A stretch of DNA of 64,000 bases from Octopus bimaculoides. Taxonomy: Eukaryota. Below, in pieces: positions 26,720 to 37,526 of the stretch (positions are counted from its first letter, which is position 1; each line of letters begins with the position of its first letter). Where the stretch lies: positions 17,391,174-17,455,173 of the forward strand of contig NC_069002.1 of assembly GCF_001194135.2 (NCBI RefSeq), given 5' to 3'. The notes beneath the pieces are model-generated. The model made no database searches. It was not told the DNA's origin and saw nothing but the letters and a program-made list of their open reading frames with translations. The position numbers and the translations under genes are program-made.

Positions 26720-27099
26720 TTCATTGAGGTAAAGATACATAAGCGCTTGTACCATTGGGAAAAGACATAAAAATGTAAAAATCCCTGTTTTACTCTTTAC
26801 CTGAAAAATCTTAGGTGTCTTGCCAACCTGAAGAAGGCAAAAGGAAATTCTTAGAATGGACTTTTGCCCGAGGCACTGTATATGATGTCCAGTGTCACAG
26901 GAAATTTCATCTAGAAACAGATCAACACTTATGGGTACATGTACACATGTTTATTTCTGTGCACTTATACATGCATACAATCTTGTGCTCATCCATGCAG
27001 ATACATGCATATATGCAGGTTTTTGCCTTTGATGGGTTCATTTTTGTTGCATATACATACACATGCATTCACTCCTCCACACTCATGTACATACCCTAT

Positions 27100-28370
27100 C
27101 ACCTTTTGTATCCAACATCGAGAATGGTTGCTTTTGCAATCATCTGGGCATCGTGAAGAAACCGACCCTGGCATCATATTGGAATCGGGGTCCAGCCACG
27201 TCAACACCTTTCTTTCTGGAAATGATTCCACGTGATTGATTTTTGGCGCTTCTTCGAAATCTACATTTCAACTAAGGCAAGAACCAGGATGACAGGCTGC
27301 ACAAAATGAAGTGGCTGAAAATTTCAGAACGGTGTATGTCCCCACACAGGACATTTGTACAGATGAGAGTTTGTGGAAATTCAAGGGAAGGTTCTGATTC
27401 AAACAATACAACCTGACCAAATGTACCCACTTTGGAGTCAAGGTTTCTAAAGTATGCCAGTCAACTGGCAGAGCCTGTGAGTGCACATAGGATTACAAAA
27501 TCTACAATGGTCAGAACAGATTGGATCTTTCAGTGTCAACTCTAGTGTCAACTGAATGAAAACTTGTTTGATAAAGGCTACAATTCCTACATATATAAAG
27601 CGCCTGGAAGGATCTTTCAAAAGCTCTTATGAAAGAGCTACAATATTTACATGAACAACTGGTTTTCCAGTCCAAACCTCTTCTACAGCTGCAGGTGAGG
27701 AGGACTAATGCCTGTGGGACTGTGAGGATGCACAGGAAAAACATGCTGCCTGATTTTCACAAGATAAAACTTCAAAAGGGGGAAACAGTGATGCACCAAT
27801 AGTAGCATTCTCACCCAAGTGTGGTGTGATGAGAAAAACGTCTGCATGTTATCCACAATGCATTCTGCAAGCATGAAGGACACTAGGAAACAAGATGCTG
27901 ACGGTAATGCCATAATGAAACCAAGTGTAGTTGTTTCATACAGTGACGGGATGGGCGGGGTCGATCGCTCAGATCAGCTGGCGATGACACATAAATCGCT
28001 GAGAAAATTTGTGAAATGGTACAAAAATTTTTTTTGTATATAGTTGACATGTGTGCCGTGAACTCACATTTGATTTGGCAGATGCTTGGTGTTGTGGGGG
28101 ATGGATTGACATTCAGAAATCGATTGTTCTGTGAAATGATAGAAGCATTAGACCTGCCAAAGTACAGAACACGTGGATGTCCCCATGCTGGACACTCTCC
28201 TCACCACATGATGAAGGGACGTGGACATTTTCCACAACTGTTTCCCCCACCACCAAGACAGATGCTTCAAAGAGATGCACAGTATATAAAGCAAAAGGGA
28301 AATGTAAGGAAACTAGATACCATTGTTCACAATGTGATTTGCCACTGTGTGTGTGGTACCCTGTTTTGAA
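27100..28370 (+). pseudogene. Degenerate piggyBac (PGBD4-like) transposase
   Basis: Across frameshifts and stops: GIVKKPTLASYW, VPTQDICTDESLWKFKGR, MLSTMH, GMGGVDRSDQL, KWYK, and C-terminal KETRYHCSQCDLPLCV. Confidence 0.88.
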
Positions 28371-28837
28371 CTCTACCACACTAAAGTCAATTTTTGAATT
28401 CACGTGATTGTAAATACATGAAGTTGATCTGACTTGTGCTGTTAGGGTTATCTTATTCAGGAATGATACCTCATGAGTGTCCTGTACAAGGATATAGTTT
28501 AGGTAAATAAACAGTACTTGCACTAAAGCAGTTGATGTAAATCTACGCTGAACATTATCTCGCACTGAATACTGACCTCAATTGGTGCAATTACCATTGT
28601 CGTGCACAGGCAACCAAATGAATCATTGCCGTAAACTGGTTAAAGTGGTTGATGTAAATATACGCCGAACCATTGTTGTGCGCTAATTGCTGATCTCAGC
28701 TGAGATGATTACCGCCAATGCAACCTAGTTGCTTGATAAAAAAAAAAAATCATTGTTATGGAGTTGTCTGTCTCCCTTCCATGCTCAATAGTAAATAGCT
28801 CTCCATGCTGCTTTATGTCTCTCATATTCCTTTAATG

Positions 28838-29192
28838 CAGGGCTTCTCAACCATTTTTCTTCATCTATGGACCCCTTTGATTATTATTTTTTTCTGATGG
28901 TCCCCCATAGCCACTTGATATTTAAAAACTAGTTTTATTAGAAACTTCTTTCAAAATTCTTATTTTGTTTCTCACACATTAACTTGTGTAGGTTTAACTA
29001 TGAAAAATATTAGAAAAAGAAACCTGGTTGTCTCTTGCAATACATACCAATGTTTACATCTAAAGCAAATTTTTTTTCAGGGACCCTTCAAATGCTTCTG
29101 TGGATCCCCAATTTACTATTTTGTTGCATGGAACCCCCAAAAGTTTTATATGGCCCCTGAGGGTCCATATGGACCTCAGTTGAGAATCACTG
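28838..29192. mobile_element. hAT-type MITE with perfect 8-bp TSD
   Basis: TIRs CAGGGCTTCTCAAC / GTTGAGAATCACTG; TSD CTTTAATG at 28830-28837 and 29193-29200. Confidence 0.88.
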
Positions 29193-30980
29193 CTTTAATG
29201 GCTTCAGTCATTGGTCATGATGGAACACTGTTTCAGGGTCAATGGTCAACTAAATTGATACCAGTAGCTTTTTTTTTATTGATTGCAGGAGTGGCCGTGT
29301 GGTAAGAAGCTTGCTTCCCAACCACATGGTTCCATGTTCAGTCCAATTGTATGGAATTTTGAGCAAGTGTCTTGTACTATAGCCTTGGGCCAACCAAATC
29401 CTTCTAAGTGGATTTGGTAGATGGAAACTGAAAGAAGCATGTTGTGTATGTTTATGTGTGTGTGTGTGTGTGTGTGTGTGTATCTTTCTGTTTGTGTTTG
29501 TCCCCTCATCACCACTTGACAACCAGTGCTGGTATGTTTACGTCCCCATAACTTAGTGGTTCAGCAAAGAGAAACTGATAGAATAAGTACTAGGCTTTAA
29601 AAATATAAGTTCTGGGGTCGATTTGTTCGAATAAATCCCTTCAAGGCAGTGCTCCAGCATGACCACAGTCAAATAACTGAAACAAGTAAAAAGAAAAATG
29701 AATAAATATATTATATTAATCTCAAGAAGGGAAGATTATCTGAGCAGGATTTGAACAAAGAACTCATTTTATTTTATATTTGTTTGTTTTACATCTATGT
29801 TTCCCTGTTAGTATGGGTTAGACAAATATTCATTGGGGTATTGACTGTAAAGTCAGATGTGTCGAGCCTTACCTGTTTTTCAAGTAAGAAATCTTTCATT
29901 TCATGCCTTTGAATGCACAAAACCAGTAGACAATTTGTTAACAGGACAAATGACAATGTCACCATTTGTTACTCCTGTTATCAAAGGATATTTAAACAAA
30001 CACACACATGCACACTCACACACATATCCTCATATGGCCTCCTCCTAGCTTTCATCTACCAAATTTCACAAGGCTTTTGTCAACCTGGTGCTATAGTAGA
30101 AGACATTTGCCAAAGGTGCCGCGCAGTGGATCTGAAATGATGTGATTGGGAAGCAAGCTTCTTGACCACACAGCAATGCCTACACGCACACTACTACTAC
30201 TACTACTACTACAACTACCATGACTGATAGGATGCTCAGCTAATCCTAGCAACAAGCAAATCTTTCTAATATCTGCTAATGTAACAAAGTAACTTAAGGC
30301 TGTCCCTCTCTCACATTTCCCTCCCTCGTATCTTCTTTTCCCAATTGCGTTCTCATTCATTTGAACACTCACTCACACAGTTTTGTTTATAAATTATACT
30401 AACTAAAGTGTCTGCGTGTGTGTTTTGTATATTGACAAAAGATATAAACACTAGCAAGAAAAACCAATAAACTAATGCATTCAAATAAAGTCTTTTATGA
30501 TATTTGTTCTGCTTGAGTTGTGGAGACACTCCTCTTTTACCATCATCATCAGAAATACAATAGACCAATGATTAGCTCATTGGAATTCTATAACCAATAA
30601 TATCTGTGTTCACCAAATGGCAATATAAAATTTTGAAAGAATTTTAAATATGATGACTTCTGACACAAGCACAAGACCACAAATTTTAGGGACTGGTTGA
30701 CCCTTTAGCATTCAGATTTCTTTGTCAAACACATTGCTTATCTATTCACATTGTTTTGAATTAATTACACATTATCTTGTAGCTTCAAGATTTCAATGGT
30801 GTGTTTGTATATTTTCAGAATGACAATATAGGGTAGGTGTGAGTGGTTGGATCTGGTCAGTTTTAACCTAAAAAAGGTAGAATATTTGTGCCAGATATGG
30901 CTGGATTAATTGCTAAAAGACTGAATCAACTAATTAACTCTTTTGATACCAATCCACCTGAAACTGCCCCTGGTTCTATT

Positions 30981-31160
30981 ATACGAGGTGATATCAATAA
31001 CTTATCAGACTAGTTAAGTTTAACAACAAATAAATTATTTACCTAAATGTTAACATCATCTCCTTCAAAATAGTCATCTTGCACAGCAATACTCCAGTCC
31101 GTGTTCCTGCCACTTTTTGGAATCTGGCCTGGAAGTTGTTTTCCATAAGTGAGTCAAGAA
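30981..31160 (-). mobile_element. Mariner 3'-end remnant
   Basis: TACGAGGTGATATCAATAAC terminus followed by the reverse complement of a DYFEGD-like end (ATCATCTCCTTCAAAATAGTC). Confidence 0.55.
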
Positions 31161-31409
31161 ACCACATTATTTATGGGATGATCCAATATATGGGATGGGT
31201 TAGAGTCTCTTTTGTCTTGACAGAATGTAATAGTTGTAAATGAGTGTCACTATGTACTTCTTTTTCAATCTTTGAAAATGCTTGGCCATGGGGAAATATT
31301 ACTTTACATGGAAACAGGAAGAGTATCCAGTCATAGAAAACTATGTAAACTCCATCCAGCCCATTCAGTTAAAGAAAAGAGGACATTAAAATGATGATGA
31401 AACGGTTGA

Positions 31410-31485
<76 letters not shown>

Positions 31486-33630
31486 TCTGCATGTTCTAAC
31501 TGCACTGATATTGAATGGGACCCAACTAGGTTGACAATCTGATTTGTCATCTGTGTAACCTATATATTCACTCTAGGAGTTATAACCTCTGAATTATTCT
31601 GGAACAGAGCGTTAGAAACATAATATTATTCTCCACTCCCTCTGTGTCCCCCACCCACTGGGATTTGGAAATATTTCATATACATTTTGATGTATCGACG
31701 TAATTTTCCTTGCACAATAATGAGCGAGAACATGTATAATGAATAATTTGTATTGTGTAACTGTGTAATTTGTGTGTATGAGAGAAAAATCACATGACTG
31801 TGTGTGGTGATATATATATGGATGTAAAATATGTGATTATGTGTGTAGGGCTCTGTGACTAACAATAGAAGTAAGCTATGTAATATTTCTAATAGTGTGT
31901 GACTCTACATGCTATAGTATTTTTGATAAAGTATGACTCTCTTACTCTTTACTCTCTTTTACTTGTTTCAGTCTTTTGACTGTGGCCATGCTGGAGCACC
32001 GCCTTTAGTCGAGCAAATCGACCCCAGGACTTATTCTTTGGAAGCTTAGTACTTATTCTATCGGTCTCTTTTGCCGAACTGCTAAGTTACGGGGACATAA
32101 ACACACCAGCATCGGTTGTCAAGCAATGTTGGGGGGACAAACAAACACATACACATATATATACATATATACGACAGGCTTCTTTCAGTTTCCGTCTACC
32201 AAATCCACTCACAAGGCTNNNNNNNNNNGGTCTCTTTTGCCGAACTGCTAAGTTACGGGGACATAAACACACCAGCATCGGTTGTCAAGCAATGTTGGGG
32301 GGACAAACAAACACATACACATATATATACATATATACGACAGGCTTCTTTCAGTTTCCGTCTACCAAATCCACTCACAAGGCTTTGGTCGGCCCAAGGC
32401 TATAGTAGAAGACACTTGCCCAAGATGCCACGCAGTGGGACTGAACCCGGGACCATGTGGTTGATAAGCAAGCTACTTACCACACAGCCACTCCTATGCA
32501 TATAGTAAACTATGTATGCATATCCAGTCTGCTGTGGTAGTCAAAGAGGATTGTTGTGGTGGTTTAACCTCACACCAGCCATCATAAAGCAAACCTGTGT
32601 ATGGTTAAAGACATTCTAGCTTTGACTATGCTGTCTTTTCCCTTACACACATCTCACCACATTACTGAATATGCCCTTCTTTTAAGAGACTGCAGGGTTG
32701 GGTTCTAACCCTGCAGTCTCATATTTTCTCAGTGAGGTTTTTAAAAAGTGTATCTTTTATCTTTTACTTGTTTCGGTCATTAAGACTCTGGCCATGCTGG
32801 GGAACTGCCTTGAAGGGTTTTAGTCAAACAATTCAACTCCAGGACTTATTTTTTAAAGCCTAGTACTTATTCTATCAGTTGCATTTGCCAAACTGCTAAT
32901 TCAGCTGCCATTTCCGGCTGGTTTCATGACCCAGTACATATACCTACATTGGTTTGTTAATATGTAGATAGGTTAAAGCGGCGAGCTGGCAGAGACGTTA
33001 GCACACCAGGCGAAACGCTTATCAGTATTTCAACTGTCTTTACATTCTGAGTTCAAATTCTGCCGAGGTCGACTTGCCTTTCATCCTTTCGGGGGTCAAT
33101 AGATTAAGTACCAGTCACATACTGGAGTCGATCTAACTAACTGGCTCCCTCCCCGAAAAATTTCAGGCCTTGTTCCTTGTGTAGAAAAGAATATGTAGAT
33201 AGGTTTTGAAAGGCTGTTTCAACACAACACAAATATGTATACATAACCAACAGTGTATGACTTGAGTAATTAATGGTTGTTTTGTCCTATTACGACTGTG
33301 GGAACTTCATTATTAATGTAGAAATAAATATTTCTTTCATTTAGTATAATAAACACTGTAACACTAATTAACGATCTGCCTAACCTTTGTTGCCATAGCC
33401 CTTTCTCTGAACAATGTAACTGATACATGTGTGTATCTTATGCTTTATAAATAATATGTATGTATGTATGAATGTATGTACGTCTGTGCCTATCACTCAG
33501 CACAGATGTTGTGTATTTATAAAATAATACAAGTTAACTTACTGTTTGAGTTGTCATTTGTTTTGTAGTCAAGATTTTCTTGTTTCCAAGTGGAATAAAA
33601 AATCATTTTATTTTTTAAAACTTGCTTCTC

Positions 33631-33666
<36 letters not shown>

Positions 33667-34529
33667 ATGCATGCATGCATGCATATTAACAGCTGACTGT
33701 CTACATCAGAAAAGATCACATAGTGAAGTTTGAGTTTGGATATATTATTTAATTCATTTTGCCATAAGAAAAATAGGAATTTGGTCCCTCTTCCTTTCAT
33801 AGTATACAAACTTCAAAACAACACACACATGCTCACACAGAGTTCATATTTTCTCAGTAAGACTTTTAAAAAGTGTGGGTATCTTTTATCTTTTACTTGT
33901 TTGTCATTTGACTCTGGCCATGCTAAGGCACTAACTTGAAGGATTTTAGACGAACGATTCAATGCCAGGACTTATTTTTTAAAGCCTAGTACTTAATCTA
34001 TCAGTCATATATATGATGGGCTTCTTTCAGTTTCCATCTACCAGATTCACTCACACGGCTTTGGTTGACCTGAGGCTATAGAAAAGACACTTGTCCAAGG
34101 TGCCATGCAGTGAGACTGAACCTGGAAATATATGATTGAGAAGTAAGCTTCTTACCACACAGCCATGCCTACATGTATATCTCTGTTAAATTTACTTCCT
34201 TGTAGCAGAGATACCCGTTGTTGCTCGGGATTAAAATGGTATAGTTTTTTATTGTTTTACTTGTTTAAGTAATGTGACTGCGGCCATGCTGGAGCACCGC
34301 CTTTAGTCGAAGAAATTGACTCTGGGATTTATTCTTTGTAAGCCTAGTACTTATTCTATCGGTGTGTTTTGCCAAACAACTAAGTTATGGGGGATGTAAA
34401 CACAGCAACATCAGTTGTCAAGCAATGGTGGCATACAAACACACACACACACAAATATACACATATATATGACAGTTTTCTTTCAGTTACCATGTACAAA
34501 ATCCATTCACAAGCTACATTGGCCCAGGG

Positions 34530-35000
34530 AGGATTACAATCCCAGAACCTAAATCAGTGTGGGTCCTAGGTATCAACATGAGTGATGATACCTCTTTCCA
34601 AGTGCACATTACCAAGATGGTGACAGAGTGCAGACAGCTGGCTGGATGGATCATGAGAACCTTCAAAACCAGAGAGAAAGAAACCATGATAGTCCTCTGG
34701 AAGACATTCGTCCTCAGCTGCCTGGACTACTGCTCCCAGCTATGGTCACCCCACAGTATAAAATTAACAGTGGACCTTGAAGCAATCCAGCGAAGCTTCA
34801 CAAAGAAGGTTGTCTCATTGCAACAGCTCAGCTACTGGGAAAAGCTGAAAGAGCTAAAATTATACTCTCTGAAGCAAAGGCGGGAGAAATATGCAGTAAT
34901 ATATATCTGGAAGATCTTGGAAGGGATTGTGCCAAATTTTGGCATTGAAAGCTACACAAATGCCAGGACAGGTCGACACTGCATCGTGCCAAAGATCCCA
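34530..35000 (+). mobile_element. CR1-group LINE RT C-terminal fragment
   Basis: LGINMSDD...LDYCSQLWSP...LEAIQRSFTKK...LSYWEKLKELKLYSLKQRREKY..IYIWKILEG; the ORF tail past ~35000 is microsatellite. Confidence 0.85.
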
Positions 35001-35289
35001 GCAATGCTGTTGCACTTCAGATACATATTTGTATCTGTACAGATATACATGCATATATATATACATATATATATTTGTATCTGTACAGATATACATGACA
35101 CATGTATACATTCACACATACATGCACACACCCACATCTACATGTACACATACATGCATATATGGGTACAGGACATCAAAAAAACGCTATGCATGTATAT
35201 ATGCAATGTGAGATAATGGTTTCACTATCAATAGTGAAACTACTATCTCACATTACAATAGAGATGTTATTGTTTCACTTTTGACATGT

Positions 35290-35500
35290 AATACTGAAAC
35301 AGTTTAAGAGATTGCTCTGGGCTCACATTAGGCAAGAAGTTGAAAATTCTTTTGGTCCATGACACTCCATGGATTCTAAATAGTGCATATGTAAAATTTG
35401 AATGAAATCGGTTGGGTAGTTCTCGAGTTTTAGTGATGCACACATACAGACACATAGACAAACAGACATTCTCAGTTTCATATATATAAATGTCTTTACA
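35290..35500 (+). mobile_element. Possible non-autonomous Helitron/HINE-like 3' portion
   Basis: AAAATTTGAATGAAATCGGTTGGGTAGTTCTCGAGTTT...(ACAG)n...TTTCATATATATA resembles DINE/HINE ends. Confidence 0.35.
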
Positions 35501-36288
35501 GTATATTTTTCTCTCATGTATGTACACACACACACACACATGCACCCAAACAAATATGTAATTCAATATGTGTCAAGATTGGGGGCGGTAGAGAATGTGT
35601 TTAATTCTGTCACGGTACATGTAACTTATGTTGTGTGACACTAAACGTTTATATAATCTTTATTGTGACCGTAAGTTTGAGTCAGTGATGTATATAACAT
35701 TGCAGTTGTTGTGCTGGCATAGATTGTGGGGTGTATAGCTATGACAGCGATAAAATTGAAGGAGGCAATGGACGAGATAATTATTGCAGTGATAATGATG
35801 CTGTTTGATGGAAGAGTTGTGGTAGTAGGGTAATGATTACAGTAGAAGTAGTGGTGGTGGTCTTTGTGGAGTAACAGAGGTTGGGATGGTAGTTTGTATT
35901 GTGCAATGGTCCTGAGAGTAGCCATTATAATGGCGTAACTTTGTGGTGGTGATAGAGGTTACTTATATACTGGTGGTGGGGGTGTTTTAATTGATGGTGA
36001 TAACAAATGGGTCTGTAATTGATCTGATGTTACATTCCTGGCAAGCATATTGATTATTTCTTTCTGTATTTTCATTTGAATATTATTAGGGCTCATAGAA
36101 TAACAACAGCAACTTTTCATTCGACCAGAATATATGAAGACAACACTGCAAGGGTGAGGTAGGAACTGTCTGAACTAGTTAATCGATTCAACATCTCATT
36201 TGAACAAGCCTGCTCTGTCTCTTTACAGAGCTGGTGGATGAAGGGTTTTGGCACAAGGCCAGCTCGTGTATATCCATAGGAACATAAA

Positions 36289-36622
36289 GAGTAAAGACCC
36301 CTTTGGTCATGAATGACCATAGGATTGCATCTAGAAAGTTACCCTCCGAAGCACTAGTCCAGGCAAGGTTGTTTATGGAAGACCAGCAGTTGCCCATGCA
36401 TACCAGCCTCCTCTCTCCATGCCACTGATGTTATCCAAGGGATAAGGCAAAGGCCGATACAGCTTAGCACCAGTGATGTCACAACTCATTTCTACGACTG
36501 AGTGAACTGGAACAACATGAAATAAAGTGTCTTGCTCAAGAACACAACATACAGTCCAGGAATCAAACTCACTACAACATGATTTTAAGCCTGACACTCT
36601 AACCACTGAACCATGCACCTTC
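36289..36622 (-). mobile_element. Family C tRNA-derived SINE, head facing the RING exon
   Basis: Reverse complement begins GAAGGTGCATGGTTCAGTGGTTAGAGTG...GAGTTTGATTCC (A/B-box-like). Confidence 0.85.
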
Positions 36623-36757
36623 ACACAAGAACATATTGTTGTTGAATATGTGCTTAACCCTTCAGCCTTGTTCTGCAAAACACATGCAATGTGAATACAT
36701 GTCTACAGTCTATTTCATTCAATCTCTTTATCTTTATCCTTTTTTCTTCTCTTGCAG

Positions 36758-37057
36758 GCTCCTCAGTGTGAACATGCATTCTGTTCTGTGTGTATCCACG
36801 AGTGGTTGACCAGACAGCCTACATGTCCTGTAGATCGTAACCCCATCACACCCAATCAATTGAAGTGCGTCCCCCGCATCCTACGTAACTTGCTGTCTCG
36901 ACTGACCATAAGCTGTGAGAACGCCAACTACGGTTGCACAGCAATACTAAATCTGGACATGTTGCAGACACACCTCCAAGAGTGTGAACACAACCCAAAG
37001 AAACCAGTCCACTGCGAAGCTGGATGTGGACTTGTGGTGCCCATGGATGAATTCAAA
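36758..37057 (+). CDS. RNF41: RNF41/NRDP1 coding exon: second half of RING finger plus TRAF/SIAH-type zinc finger (APQCEHAFCSVCIHEW...CEAGCGLVVPMDEFK)
   Basis: Pyrimidine tract + TTGCAG acceptor ending 36757, GTGAGT donor at 37058; 300 nt, phase 0-0, no stop. Closely matches recalled human NRDP1 APHCEHAFCNACITQW...CEHNPKRPVTCEQGCGL. Confidence 0.96.
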
Positions 37058-37200
37058 GTGAGTATTTAAAAAGGTTTTTTTTTTTGTATTTCTTTTGCTG
37101 GTTTCAGCTTTGCTGGGACACTGACCTTCTAGTTGATTTTAGCAAACTCCACAGGTACTTATTTTATCAATCTCTATTTATTGATTGGCTAAGTCCACCT

Positions 37201-37526
37201 GGCTTAGAGTGTCAGGCTCACAATCATGAGGTAGTGAGTTTGATTCCCAGACCGGGCTGTGTATTGTGTTCATGAGGAAGACACTTTATTTCACTTCATT
37301 TCACTCCAGTTCACTCAGCTATAGAAATGAGTTGCGACATCACTGGAGCCAAGTTGTATCAGCCTTTGCCTTTCCCTTGGATAACATCAGTGGCATGGAG
37401 AGGGGAGGCTGGTATGCATGGGCAACTACTGGTCTTCTATAAACAACCTTGCCTGAACTTATGCTTCGGAGGGGAACTTTCTAGGTGCAACCCCATGGTC
37501 ATTCATGACTGAAGGGGGTCTTTACC
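37201..37526 (+). mobile_element. Family C SINE with 12-bp target-site duplication
   Basis: TSD CTAAGTCCACCT at 37189-37200 and 37527-37538; same family as 36289-36622, 20565-20880 and 43322-43660. Confidence 0.88.

Noticed and set aside
32060-32400. Apparent tandem duplication of a SINE segment
   Set aside because: Identical copies on either side of a 10-N gap; assembly artefact.
34557-35216. 219-aa ORF as a host gene
   Set aside because: CR1-type RT fragment running into microsatellite.
36752-37069. RNF151 or TRAF assignment of the RING exon
   Set aside because: Downstream exons encode the NRDP1-specific USP8-interacting domain with high identity.
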